From Mobula hypostoma (lineage: Eukaryota), in assembly GCF_963921235.1 (NCBI RefSeq), contig NC_086105.1, positions 31,186,001-31,250,000 on the forward strand: a DNA stretch of 64,000 nt, given 5' to 3'. The notes below the pieces were generated by a model, which did no database searches, had not been told where the DNA came from, and was given only the letters and a program-made list of their open reading frames with translations. A program made the position numbers and the translations under genes. Shown one piece after another: positions 1-11,956 of the stretch (the first letter of the stretch is position 1; each line of letters opens with the position of its first letter).

Positions 1-1097
1 TCTAAATGACAGCTTAGACCCAGATACAGGAATATTTCAGTTATTAAGTTGTGATATTCTATTTCAAAAAGTCCAAGTTACCAATTTTATTATACTTTGT
101 TTTAATACACATTTTAGTGTTAAAAGTTGGGAATGAGGTGAAACTTTTCTCTTTGTAAAAAAAAATTCTTTGCAATCTGTTCTCCAAGAATGAGCATTTG
201 TAATGTTGAATATAAGGTGAGGAGAGGGGTGGTATTTTTTTGAATTATTAAAGGAAATTATGTTTTTTGCCAAGGAACGATAACTTACATGATTAAACTA
301 TCTGTCAAAATTGAACCTGAAACAAGTATTATAAACCAAAGTGATCTCTGCTATTGTAGTTGAGAAAAAAATTAAAAATATTCTATAGTTTCACAAAAAA
401 TTGCCAGATTATGAAAAGGATGAAATATAAAACCATTTAAATACAAAAAGAGTGTTCTTTACGAACAAAGTACTGTTTTTCTGGTGACACTATAAGTGAT
501 AGATTGTTTTACTTTTGTAAAACACACATTTCACAATTATATAATAATATAGATTCAGTTCATAAAAATGCCCTTAAATTTTTCCATTCTCTTCTATCCT
601 TTAGTCTCATTTTTCCATTTTGTTTGTTATACACTGCACTTCCTTTTTCTATGAGGCTCTCGGATATTTAGAATAGAAAGGAGCCACTCAGCTCATCAGA
701 CTGAGAAAAAAACTTTCCAAATTATTCCTACTCTTTTGCCCTTTCCTGACAGTGCTATATTTTTCCTCCCACTTTTATCAACGATGTCTTCCATTATTCT
801 TTTAATCCCTGTAGCAATAAACTTGGGTATAATATTATGCTGTACTCTGCCAAACACTGTTTAAAAGTTCATGTACGTAACTACATTATTTTTAACAATC
901 TTCTGTAACTTAAATAAAACTCAGTCTCACTGGTCAAATGGTTTTACATTACTGATGTTCATTTATTGCTCTATTATTATCTAAACATCACGTTATTTTG
1001 TTCTGCATTACTGGCTCTGCCATTAGACCTACAGGCAGAGCTAATTCTATGGTTGAGTTCATTCCTCTCCCCTTTTTTTGAAAACAAGACGCAGAAT

Positions 1098-1228
1098 TCT
1101 GACAAAGGGTCTTGGCCCAAAACATCGACTGTAATTCTTCCTATAGATGCTGTCTGGCCTGCTGCGTTCCACAGCATTCTGTGTGTGTTGCTTGAATTTC
1201 CAACGTCTCCAGATTTCCTCATGTTGGC
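1098..1228 (+). mobile_element. Old short Penelope 3'-terminal derivative (decayed hammerhead motif at its start)
   Basis: ctgacaaagggtcttggcccaaaacatcgactg...gatgctgtctggcctgctgcgttcc...gtgttgcttgaatttcca aligns by eye to 5490-5584 and 11741-11868. Confidence 0.8.
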
Positions 1229-2111
1229 ACTATTAAGTTTATGTACTTCATAAATATGGATGGATCAAACAGAATAAAAAAAATGGCAGGGCCAGATGGT
1301 TTTCAGAGGAGATATGTGGAGTTCAACAAGCAAGGCAAATGAACTGCCAGTACAAGTATAACAACTGTGACCTGAATGAGAATAAAGGACTGTGAACTTA
1401 CTATTCAAAAGACCTCTCTTATATTTAACGATTCTTTTTCTTAACAGCATACTTCTTTATAACCTGTCAGTTTTCTTCACCAATTCTTAATTCTCTAATA
1501 TTCTTCAGATAATGCGTTACAATTTTATTGCATTTAGCCTTAACTTACTTATTACATGCTTTAATTATTGGGACAATGTCTCCTACTAATATCACCATAC
1601 AATTGTAATCCAAATTATTTAAAATAATTCTATTTGCTTTGCTGTAACACAACAGCAACAGATTATGTTACTTAAATAGAAACATTCTTCTGCACTCCAG
1701 ATTGGAGATCTTAAGAAGCTCCTCTCTGTAGTTCTTTTTAAATATCTATTATGAAACCAGTGAGAAGTGGAGAGGCACACAATCAAATATTTTATCACTG
1801 GGATCTATCAGTTGACGAAGTAAATTTTTTTTTAAATCACTTAATATATTTGTTTTTAATAATATTTGGCATCAGGAGGAAATTTTTACTCATAATTTTT
1901 AATTGCCCCAATACCCCTTCAACTTCTAACTGATAACACAACCAGAAAAGCATAAGCAATAAAACATTGTAAATTCAAAGGAACTGGAATGGCTTTCATA
2001 TAATAGCTGCAGCAACAAATGGCTGGAAACAAAGGATAAGTATTTCTGTATTAGTTTAGCAGAATGTAAATCAGTCAGCAAATGTCCATTTAGCCTTCAA
2101 AAATATTATAC

Positions 2112-2163
2112 CTGTTTCTCCAGCTTTTGCTGCCGTAGGTTAATATTTTCATCTTCAAAGACA
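2112..2163 (-). CDS. TULP3: Tubby-family protein, coding exon 2 (most likely TULP3)
   Basis: 52-nt exon between tttttttttctcag and gtataa. With a phase-2 start it reads (S)VFEDENINLRQQKLEKQ, matching the N-terminal IFT-A-binding helix of TUB/TULP3 (VLDDE..LRQQKLDRQ). TULP3 is preferred over TUB because of the adjacent, co-oriented RHNO1. Confidence 0.85.
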
Positions 2164-2417
2164 CTGAGAAAAAAAAACAGACTTAATTAGTTAGTGATCA
2201 TATTAACATTCATAACACAAATAGCTGTGAAATCAGTAGGTTTCAATTCCGATCATTTAAAGATAGCAGAACAAGTTTAGCATCCTCAGCATCATTCTGA
2301 GCATCACAATAGAGATTAATTTACCCTGCCCCATAATGGCATATATGGCAACTTATCTTTTGAAAAGTAAGATGGGGCCAAGTACCTCAGATAGTTCTAT
2401 GCTGCTATGGAGGGGGA

Positions 2418-2490
2418 ACGTCGACTCAGACCATAAGAGGCCTGCGTCGAGCATTTTCATGCCTTACAAGGCGCATATTGGAAGTCTGTA
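2418..2490 (-). mobile_element. 3' fragment of the tRNA-derived SINE seen at 58258-58511
   Basis: Reverse complement gccttgtaaggcatgaaaatgctcgacgcaggcc...ggtctgagtcgacgt matches 58450-58505. Confidence 0.7.
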
Positions 2491-4641
2491 TATGGAAGTT
2501 TTGGAAGTAACAAATAAACGGCACAGGACAATGTGGGCATTGCAGAATACTAAGGATTAATATTACACTTTGTGCAAAAGAAACTTTGAGACAAAATTAG
2601 TACTATCAACATACAACGACATGACCATTGTATCACGAGCCAAATGCATGCTGAATGAAAAATACAAAGGATATAAAAGTAGAGCAAGGCAGGGTCAGTT
2701 GACAACAAATATCCCTGCTAGCTATCCAGCCCAATAAATTGATCTTTTCTTTCTTTCTTTTTCAATCTTTTTATTAGTTTCATAGAATATAAACATAACA
2801 TAGCAATAATACAAAGTTGTTGGGTATACATTGTTATACTTAACATGAGTAATAATAAAACCAAATAGTATTTAATTGACAAAACTCCCAATCATGTAGG
2901 ATACCAATGAATAATACAGGACAAAAAGAAAATATCTAGACAAAAATCATGAAAAAGGAAAAAAATAAATAAATAAAACCCCCTCAAAAAAAAACTAATT
3001 TAAACAGAATTAATCAACTAAACTAAAAAAAGACCTGGGTAATTTTAACAACGTAAAAATGGAAGAAAAGAAAACCTTAGTGTCCACGACTCCACTCCTC
3101 TCAACCAACGCTACAGAGAAGTAAAATAAGTTTGGAAATGGTCAAATTACATCATATGAAAATGCTGAATAAATGGCCTCCAAGTTTTTTTCAAATTTAA
3201 TGGAAGGGTCATAAACCACACACCCAGTGATTAACAAAAATCTACCATTAGGATCTGAGATAATGTCTTGATGAATAAATGTAATTGAGGGATCTATAAA
3301 AATTGAAACGCCTTTAACTTTGGCTTGGGAGTTCGAGTGGTATTGTTATTCTTTCCAGAACTTAAAGCAGCATTGATTATCCTCTTTCCTTACATGAGTT
3401 TCTTGTGCAAAAATAATATGAGCATTCAGTCTTTGGAATACTTTGAAAATCTTTTTCCGTTTTATTGGATGGTTTCAACCATTTGTATTCCAAGAAACAA
3501 AAATTAATAATGTAAGCCATAATTTAAGATTAACCTTTTTGGTGTGTAAAGGGTTAACCATAATGTGAACTCATGAGATCGGAAGAGGAATACATGATCA
3601 GAGAGGAACCGGAAATCTCGACACTGCAGAAATCTTTGTAGTACTAAATCAGCCCAATAGAAAAAAATTAAAAAGGAAAAAAATTCCCCCACCCCAAGAA
3701 CCCTGAACTAAGCCAGAGAAGGCTGAAGAAAGAACTAACACTAAATCTAACCCCATTTCTGCAGGAGGTAACTCCAAAGATAAATGTTATATAGATGACT
3801 CCCCCGAAAACTGATATAAAAAAAATTAAACACTATACTACAATAATCTACATAGTATAATTTCTAAAATACATAAATAAGGTAGTATCGAGACGTATGA
3901 TTAGTTAATTATAAATGAGAGTAAATAAAATATTGCTTCCAAAAAAAAAGGAGTTTATGGGAAGAAGAAACATAAGAACATTTCATCCCAAAAAGAACAA
4001 AGGAGATTATGCAAAAAGAAAAACAAAGCACCATTTTAATTATACAGAAACAAAAATAAAGAACATATAACGGAAAATGATCGTCAGATCAAATCGTTAG
4101 TAATATCGGAAATCAAAAGGTTAAGGAAAAATTAACTAAAAGAAAGTAACGTTATTCGCGAGAAATAACTATTTTATATAAATTGTAAAGTAATAACTAT
4201 AGTACTAAGCACAAAACAAAAATCTTGAGCTTATGAAAAAAACCTTCATCGTACGGTAGTAGGTTTTTTTTTAAAAAACACCGCAAAAAAAAAAGCTGAT
4301 ACTAAGAGCACAGAACATTAATTAAAGGATAGTGTCCGTATCAGATAGGTAGTTATCATCCAAAAAGCTTCGAGCGGCGGTTATGTAATGGAAGACACGA
4401 CGAGATCCATCAGGAAGAGAAATTCTTAGGCATGCAGGGTACAATAATGTCGGTTTGAGATTTTTTGATAACATTCCGACATCAGAGGTTTAAAAGTCAG
4501 TCGCTCTTTCATCACTTCAGGACTGTAATCTTGAACTATCCTGAAGGAATGTTGACAATAATTGATCATCCCTTGCCGACAAGCAGTCTGGAGAAGTTGT
4601 TCTTTAACATTAACGTAATGGAAATGAAGAATAATTGGTCT

Positions 4642-5584
4642 TGCAAACAAAGGGATCCCACCACTAAGCATATCTTTCCCTCTCCCCCTCTCTCTGCATT
4701 CCACAAGGATCGCTCCCTACACAACTCCCTTGTCCATTCGTCCTCCCCATCCCTCCCCACTGATCTCCCTCCTGGCACTTATCCGTGTAAGCGGAACAAG
4801 TGCTACACATGCCCTTACACTTCCTCCCCTACCACCACTCAGGGCCCCAAACAGTCCTTCCAGGTGAGGCAACATTTCACCTGTGAGTCGGCTGGGGTGA
4901 TATACTGCGTCCGGTCCTCCCGATGTGGCCTTTTATATATTGGCGAGACCCGACACAGACTGGGAGACCGCTTTGCTGAACATCTATGCTCTGTCCGCCA
5001 GAGAAAGCAGGATCTCCCAGTGGCCACACATTTTAATTCCACATCCCATTCCCATTCTGACATGTCTATCAACGGCCTCCTCTACTGTAAAGATGAAGCC
5101 ACACTCAGGTTGGAGGAACAACACCTTATATTCCGTCTGGGTAGCCTCCAACCTGATGGCATGAACATCGACTTCTCTAACTTCCACTAATACCCCACCT
5201 CCCCCTTGTACCCCATCTGTTACTTATTTTTTTTTTACACACATTCTTTCTCTCACTCTCCTTTTTCTCCCTCTGTCCCTCTGAATATACCCCTTGCCCA
5301 TCCTCTGGGTCCCCCCCCCCTTGTTTTTCTTCCCGGACCTCCTGTCCCATGATCCTCTCGTATCCCTTTTGCATATCACCTGTCCAGCTCTTGGCTCCAT
5401 CCTCCCCCTCCTGTCTTCTCCTATCATTTTGGATCTCCCCCTCCCCCTCCAACTTTCAAATCCCTTACTCACTCTTCCTTCAGTTAGTCCTGACGAAGGG
5501 TTTCGGCCTGAAACGTCGACTGCACCTCTTCCTAGAAATGCTGTCTGGCCTGCTGCGTTCACCAGCAACTTTTAAGTGTGTTGC
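4642..5584 (+). mobile_element. 5'-truncated Penelope-like element (GIY-YIG endonuclease end plus 3' pseudo-LTR)
   Basis: PC.R.KC.TC..VIYCV..CGLLYIGET...L..RF.EH..PVA.HF..P.GMN motifs ending at stop 5190. 12-bp target-site duplication (TSD) aataattggtct at 4630-4641 and 5585-5596. Confidence 0.93.
5486..5521 (+). ncRNA. Minimal type-I hammerhead ribozyme motif in Penelope 3' region
   Basis: AGTC-CTGACGA-A-GGGT(TTCG)GCCT-GAAA-C-GTC/GACT: helix I AGTC/GACT, core CUGANGA and GAAA, helix II with a tetraloop, palindromic ACGT in place of helix III, predicted cut after C5517. Confidence 0.75.
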
Positions 5585-5766
5585 AATAATTGGTCTCGGC
5601 TTGGATTCAGCCGATGCCAACTTTGGCCGCGATATACGATGGGCGCGGTCAAGTAATGGAGGCTCATTGGGAAAAACTGAGCTGAACATATCCTTTAAAA
5701 GTTGAGCAAAGAATATTGAAGGGTCTCCATCCTCAACATCCTCGGGTAGACCAATTATACGTAAAT

Positions 5767-5941
5767 TCTAAATTTGTGTAGGTTTACAAAATACAATTAA
5801 GTTGGTCAGTAAAACTATTGAAAATCTTTTGTTTGTACTTTTGTCAGTTAAATAAAGGTTCACGTGAATTAACATATCACAGATTTTTGTTTTTATTGCA
5901 TTTTGGAAACTATCCCAACTTTTCTGGAAATGGGGTTTGTA
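5767..5941 (-). mobile_element. Tc1/mariner terminal fragment
   Basis: Minus strand starts TA-caaaccccatttccagaaaagttggga, typical of a fish Tc1 terminal inverted repeat. The second end was not found. Confidence 0.55.
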
Positions 5942-7663
5942 GATATGGACAGGAAGAAGCAGATGATAATAAATCATGAGACATGTTCCAGTGGCCTTCA
6001 ACAAAATATTGAAAGCTGAGCTTGAAACACTGACAGAGGTAGGAATCATCATGGCACCAAGCACTCTTATCCATTGACATGGTATGTATGCAACAAGCTA
6101 AGGTGTGTTTGGTTTCACATGAGGTGAGGAAGTATTATCCAATGAAAGCAATGAAAATATCTTGCCAGATCAAAGCAGGGTAAAATGTCTTAACAGCATT
6201 GATTACCACATAGACCTTTTCAATAGGAGTTTATTTCCAACCACCTTCAACACAGCCTTAAGGTGATATGGCTGATTACCTATTCCAGATCAGCACTGCA
6301 CCCAAAGTTTCAGCAAAAGCTGAATTAGTCTGATAAAAAAACTTGCTGGCCTAGAAACCACAATGGATAATGTCTTTTACCTTGTAGAAGCAATTGTTGT
6401 TGCAGAGCAGAGATAAATTATAACCAAAGATGATAGCCTAATGGACACATGCACAGAACAAACATAGGCAGAACCTAAAGTAAACATTGAAGGAGATTTC
6501 TCTCATTAGTTATGTGGAGGTTACAGAGGTTTTCGGACGTAATCCAGTAAAAATGTACAAAACTTCATAGATGCTGCTGATCTCCAAGGTCCCCTTGGAA
6601 TGGTCAACAACTCAAGCAAACTTCAGCATTAATTCGCAATGAGTGATGCATATGAATTAATAAGAAAATATCACACTTAACTGTTCCATGCTAGGTCAGC
6701 TGTTTAAAATGCTATAGTAATCTGAAGAAGTGTAGACCATAATAATTAATATTTTTAAAAAATCAGGACAGCGCCATAAAATGTAGTACAAAGAATTTTT
6801 TTTTTAATTCCATTTTGAAACACTATATCTAACCAATTATTCCACATTTAAGAGAACAAATTCTCAGGGGCAGAAAATGACACCAGCAGCAATACAGGAA
6901 CAGAAAGGACAGTGACATTAGTGCAATAAAGCAGATTATTACATGAAGTAGAATGAGTGAAAGGAAAGAAATGGGATTGGTAATAGCCCTACTGAATCGC
7001 TTGATTGTTTTAATTGAAAAATCCCTAAACCCTTCATGGCAATGTTATCAGTCTTCTTTCTTTGAGATAAAGAGTTTAACATACAGCCAAATATGATCAT
7101 TGCCATGCAACTAAAAATTCCATCCTAATATCACCCAGTGAGTAATCACTGAGCAAATGTCATCACAATATTCTTCAGAATAGGTTGAAACAGTTTACTA
7201 AATAAAGAGAATCCTTTTTACAAGATTTACAACTACTTACAAGTTCAGCTATAACCAAAGATGAGAAACAACAAATCTTGACAACATACAAAACTGGAAA
7301 TTCTAACTGATTAGTTACCATCTGAACAAAGATGCATCATGTTCTTGGATATAACTTCCAAAGCAATCTCATACCTAAGTATTGGAGCAACTACTTGAAA
7401 ATAAACTAAAAGTTGCTGAGCGAGGTGAGGGAGTATCGCACTGTATGATGCACTTCCAACTAACCGAATTCCAAGTTGAAAAAGTGTGCTTAATTCTCTA
7501 TTAAAAACCAAAAATAAAATTATTCGACTCTCCCGTAATTCATGTAAAGGTAACTGGATCAAATTCAAACAAGGATGAGCAGTCAACATAAAACTATGCA
7601 CTCCCTACTCAGCCCCTCTCTATGCCACCAAACAGGTGAACAAATGACTATATTTGTTTATTT

Positions 7664-8570
7664 TGTGACGAAAGAGGGTGACAAAAGTACACATAGACTA
7701 AGATGTAAACTGTCCTGTGCTATCACTAGTGGGATCATCAGTTGAGCTGCCACCTGTCTTCAGGAGAGAGCGATAAGTAAGACAATGGAGCAGCATTTGG
7801 AAATGTTAATGAAGAGATGAGAGAGTTTAACGGAAGGAGACATCGGTCTGAGTATTGTCAAGACCGGCTCCGTTTGAACCCTGAACTGTTTGAAGTTTGA
7901 TGGACAGGCGATACCCCAACAGGGGGGATAAAAAGGGACGGGTTCGCTAAGGCAAGAGACACCACACACAACACCACAAGGTAACGAGACCCTGGAAGCG
8001 GTGTGCCCCCACAAGTCGGTGGGAGTTTTGGAGGACTGATCGTGGGACCAGCCATAGACGCACAGGGTGAAAAGAGACGGTCGGCGGGAACCTGGTGTGT
8101 GTGTCCACCCTTGCCTGGGTGCCGGGTTCACCTCAGAGGAACGATCGTATCTGAAACGGAGGGGTCACAGTCAGTGACCTCAGAAGACATTACAAAGGGC
8201 TCACCCGAAAGCTAACTGCGAGGAATATCAAAGGTCTGTTGAATCCGATTTGAACATCAGCATTTGCTCTCTCTCTCTCTCTCTCCCCAACGGCACGACG
8301 GCGATTACTGCGAACTGAACTAAACTGAACTCTGTTACTTGTGATTGATCATTTTACCCCTAGACTGCAATAGAGCTTGATTGATCCTATTATCCCAGCT
8401 CTGTGTACAGGTGTGTTTATTCATTGCTAACCTGTTGCATTTATATCCTTACTATTAGAGTACTGTATTGTTTATTTCTTTAATAAAACTTTCTTAGTTC
8501 CAGTAATCCAGACTCCAACTGAGTGATCCATTTCTGCTGGTTTGGCAACCCAGCTACGGGGTACGTAACA
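7664..8570 (+). repeat. 5' LTR
   Basis: Direct repeat of 11957-12869. About 20 substitutions by eye plus a (CT)n length difference; AATAAA near 8483. Confidence 0.95.
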
Positions 8571-8668
8571 TAAGTGGGTTCTCGTCTGCGGTTTTGAACG
8601 CTAAATTTGGGACGGGATAAATTGATTGGGTTAAAATTCCCGAAAGAAAGAAAAGGCAAACAGCAGAA

Positions 8669-11122
8669 ATGGAGATTGAGGAATTTCTAAAGGCGCCAAC
8701 CTTGGATGCATTAGAGGATGCCAGGAAAGTGGAATTGGCAGCTGTGGCCAAACGGTTGAATCTTGTTAAGGGGAAGTCGACAATGAGGAGAGAGGAGATA
8801 CACAGAGCTATCGTAGAGCACTATGTATCTAAAGGTGTGGTTCCGCAAGGGGAGCTGGAGGTGGTATCTATGGGAAAACCTGGTGAAGACACAGTACAGG
8901 TGCAGATTGAAAAACTGAGACTCGAGCACGAGTTCCGGGTACGGCAGCTAGAACACAAAGAGAAGCAGTTAGAAAGGCAGGAGAAAGAGAAACAGTTAGA
9001 ACGGCAAGAAAGAGAGAGGCAATGGGAGCGAGAAGAGCGGCAGAGGGAAAGGGAATTCGAGCTGGAGGGGTTAAAGATGAGGGCAGAGCAGGGGCCCATG
9101 CTGAACCAAGGTGGAGGATTCAGGGCGACCCAGGAGGTTAGGCTGGTTCCCCCATTTGACGACACCGATGTGGATCGGTACTTTCTCCATTTCAAAAAAG
9201 TTGCTGCAAGTCAGAACTGGCCGAGGGATAAGTGGGCTGTTTTGCTTCAGAGTGTACTTAAAGGAAAAGCCCAACAAGCTTACTCAGCTTTGTCCGCAGA
9301 AGATGCCCAGAGGTATGAGGTGGTGAAAGAGGCCCTCCTCAGGATTTATGAGTTGGTCCCGGAGGCATACCGGCAGAGGTTCCGGAATGCGAGGAAGCAG
9401 TGGGACCACACGTATTTAGAGTTTGCCCGTGAGATGCAGACATATTGTGAGCGTTGGTGCACCTCGAAGGGGGTAAATGGGGATTATGATAGACTGCTAC
9501 AGCTGATCCTGATTGAGCAGTTTAAAGGTTGTGTCCCTGAAGGCATGAGACCCTACCTAGATGAGAAAGAGGCAGCCACGTTAGCCGCAACTGCTAAGTT
9601 AGCGGATGAGTACGCGTTGACGCATAAAATGAAGTTTGCCCCGAGTAAAGGCTACCAGAAGGGTAGTCAGGACGGCGGGGAGAGTCCGCCAGAAAAGTCA
9701 GTAAGTAAGTCGGGGACTAGTGAGAAGGATAAGGTAGACCAAGAGCAGTCTGGTAGGAAGTTTCCTGGGGTCGTCTGTTATAATTGTGGGAAAGCCGGAC
9801 ACTTTGCGTCCAGGTGCTTTGCCCCAAAGAAGGAGACGGGGAAAGGAAAAACGGCGATTTCGACTGGCTGTATTGAGCTGGTAAACAAACCGCTAGGAGA
9901 GGAAAGGTCTGCCAAAGTTCAGGAAGGGCGCGAGAGGTTTATCTCGGCCGGATTGGTCTCGGTGAAGGAGGGGTTAAACCCAGTTTCTGCGCGGATCTGG
10001 AGAGACACGGGAGCGTGTCAGTCATTGATATTAAAGGGTGTGTTAGACTTTAGTTCAGAGACCGAGACTGGGAAAGCCAGGGTCATAAAAGGCATTGGAA
10101 AAGGGACTGAGGCCGTCCCTTTGCACCAGATACACCTACAAAGCAACTTGGTCTCTGGACTAGTCACGATCGGGATGAGGCCCGAATTACCGATGAAAGG
10201 CGCGGAAGTCTTGCTCGGTAATGACCTCGCCGGGGGAATTGTGTTCTCAGCAGTGAGATTGACAGGTCAGCCTGCCAGCATTGAGACCCCGCCCATGGAC
10301 TCACAGGTTCATCCCATTTGCGCAGTGACTCGGCGTGTGTCCAGAAAGACTGTCGAAGTAAATTTAGCTGAGACGTTTCTACCAGCTTTGTACCAGGAGG
10401 AGGTAGAAAGTGAAAAGGAGGAGTGCAGTGAAACAGGAGGAAGTGAGGGAGCTGAGGCAGGCTTAGCATTAGCCAGGAAGGATTTTGTACAGGCGCAGGA
10501 GCGAGATGAGGAGGTGGTGGTTTCAGCGGAGACAGCTCTCTCTGAAGCAGCATTAAAAAGAGAGCCAGTAGGTTTTCGTGTGGAGGAGGGAGTGCTAAGG
10601 AAGAAAGGGAGACCAAGTACCGTACCCGCAGATGAGGAATGGGGGATGGTGCCAAAAATTTATGGGGATGAGATTCTTAACCTGGCCCACAAGATACCCC
10701 TCGGTGGACATTTTGGGGGGAGGGAAACAGTCGGCGGAATCATGAAAGAGTTTTACTGGCTGCACAGGAGGAAGGATGTTATTAACTATTGCAGACATGA
10801 GTTAACACAGTTAGAGGCTATTAACATGTTAAAAGCCCACCACGATCAGAGAACAGATCTAGCTGGTGATATCATGGAAGTTAATGAGGCTAAGGTGCCA
10901 CCTGATAAGGGGAGGACCCATTTTGAAAAGCTAAGTGTGGTGCCGACCAGATGGGAAATGTCTATTGTTTTGACCCGTTTTGCTGATAAGGTCTCTCACC
11001 TAAACCCCAAACAAGGCGGGCCATTGATAAAGCTAATTAACCGGCACGCACGTAGGTCTAGATGTCCCGAGGCGATGCAAAGAGCTGGGACATGGGGCTG
11101 TTGTCACATCAGGTCAGCCTAG
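8669..11122 (+). CDS. Gag (coiled coil, SCAN-like capsid, CCHC knuckle) plus aspartic protease plus integrase zinc-finger remnant
   Basis: 817-aa ORF. YRQRFR..LILIEQF capsid segment, CYNCGKAGHFASRC knuckle, RDTGA protease, then AHKIPLGGHFG..FYW..YCRH (truncated integrase HHCC). Confidence 0.88.
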   Translation: MEIEEFLKAPTLDALEDARKVELAAVAKRLNLVKGKSTMRREEIHRAIVEHYVSKGVVPQGELEVVSMGKPGEDTVQVQIEKLRLEHEFRVRQLEHKEKQLERQEKEKQLERQERERQWEREERQREREFELEGLKMRAEQGPMLNQGGGFRATQEVRLVPPFDDTDVDRYFLHFKKVAASQNWPRDKWAVLLQSVLKGKAQQAYSALSAEDAQRYEVVKEALLRIYELVPEAYRQRFRNARKQWDHTYLEFAREMQTYCERWCTSKGVNGDYDRLLQLILIEQFKGCVPEGMRPYLDEKEAATLAATAKLADEYALTHKMKFAPSKGYQKGSQDGGESPPEKSVSKSGTSEKDKVDQEQSGRKFPGVVCYNCGKAGHFASRCFAPKKETGKGKTAISTGCIELVNKPLGEERSAKVQEGRERFISAGLVSVKEGLNPVSARIWRDTGACQSLILKGVLDFSSETETGKARVIKGIGKGTEAVPLHQIHLQSNLVSGLVTIGMRPELPMKGAEVLLGNDLAGGIVFSAVRLTGQPASIETPPMDSQVHPICAVTRRVSRKTVEVNLAETFLPALYQEEVESEKEECSETGGSEGAEAGLALARKDFVQAQERDEEVVVSAETALSEAALKREPVGFRVEEGVLRKKGRPSTVPADEEWGMVPKIYGDEILNLAHKIPLGGHFGGRETVGGIMKEFYWLHRRKDVINYCRHELTQLEAINMLKAHHDQRTDLAGDIMEVNEAKVPPDKGRTHFEKLSVVPTRWEMSIVLTRFADKVSHLNPKQGGPLIKLINRHARRSRCPEAMQRAGTWGCCHIRSA

Positions 11123-11141
11123 TGAGCAACACCCCTATAGA

Positions 11142-11707
11142 ATGATTAATTCAGTGACAAACGGGCTAAAGAACACAGAAGTGTATATTGGCGATGTAGT
11201 GGTCTGGAGTGACACGTGGGAAAAGCACATTGCGGCACTGTTTAAACGGCTGTCTGAAGCCAGCCTGACAGTGAACCTCGCAAAAAGTGAGTTCGGCCAC
11301 AGAAAAGTCACTTATTTGGGATTTGTGGTAGGACAGGGGCAGCTGGCTCCGATGCAAGTTAAGGTACGAGCTATCGCTGAATTCCCCACCCGGACAGACA
11401 AGAGAGCCCTGAGAAGGTTCTTGGAGATGGTGAGGTACTATCGGAAGCCTTGCAGAAAAAAAAACAACTTTGCAGATAGTACCCACTCTCATACTAAGCC
11501 CTTGCCAAAGAATGCTAAGTTGGTATGGGACGACCCTTGTTATCTGCGTCCGGGGCGTAAACCATTGAGAAGTCACACTGATCACAATTCATTAGTGTTT
11601 TCGGCCACTATGAAGTCTGCTAAGTTGGAGCCTGGTTTGAGAGGGTTATTAAAATAACACATATAAAAGGAACAGAAAATGTGATTGCTGACTATCTTTC
11701 AGGTGTT
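11142..11707 (+). pseudogene. RT C-terminal half and RNase H remnant of the Gypsy element
   Basis: YIGDVVVWS (from YxDD), NLAKSEF..VTYLG, LRRFL..YYRK, TDHN.L and IKG.ENVIAD.LS, with deletions between the motifs. Confidence 0.85.
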
Positions 11708-11740
11708 GACAACTTAAAATTCTCTGTATTAGCCAAATAG

Positions 11741-11868
11741 CTGACGAAGGGTCTCGGCCTGAAACGTCGACTGCACCTCTTCCTACAGATGCTGCTTGGC
11801 CTGCTGCATTCACCAGCAACTTTGATGTGTGTTGCTTGAATTTCCAGCATCTGCAGAATTCCTGTTGT
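11741..11868 (+). mobile_element. Short Penelope 3'-end insertion beginning at the hammerhead core
   Basis: Near-identical to the reverse complement of 27342-27469; flanked by tagctgaYgaag (11738-11749 and 11869-11880). Confidence 0.88.
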
Positions 11869-11956
11869 TAGCTGATGAAGATGTATATTTGTGTGTATCT
11901 AATAATGTATTCATGCTTGTAATTTTTACCCCGGTAAAAATCCTTAAAGGAGGGGG

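Larger units (their letters stand above)
2745..5766 (-). mobile_element. L1-clade element: ORF1 C-terminal half, ORF2 start, ORF2 internally deleted, interrupted by Penelope
   Basis: ORF1 motifs NLRIIGLPE..G and LDRAHR..PRPII at 5586-5766, continuing at 4330-4641. ORF2 ATG at 3520 (MAYIINFVSWN..QETH..KGVSI..DPNGRF) jumps near 3218 to C-terminal YDPSIKFEKTWRPF. T-rich tail on the plus strand near 2745. Confidence 0.8.

Noticed and set aside
4465-5190. 241-aa ORF as a novel GIY-YIG gene
   Set aside because: The first ~60 aa are antisense L1 ORF1 fused by chance to a truncated Penelope; the junction coincides with the TSD.
5945-6620. Possible very old Gypsy pol remnant
   Set aside because: Only faint motif hints; not supportable without an alignment.
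7760-8215. Duplicated small ORFs (also 12053-12508)
   Set aside because: Incidental ORFs within the two LTR copies.
8821-9195. Ser/Cys-rich ORF; likewise 61051-61362
   Set aside because: Antisense shadows of Glu/Arg-rich coding segments.
8669-11122. Domesticated Gag/SCAN host gene
   Set aside because: Flanked by near-identical LTRs with TSD, primer-binding site and polypurine tract, so it is a recent insertion.
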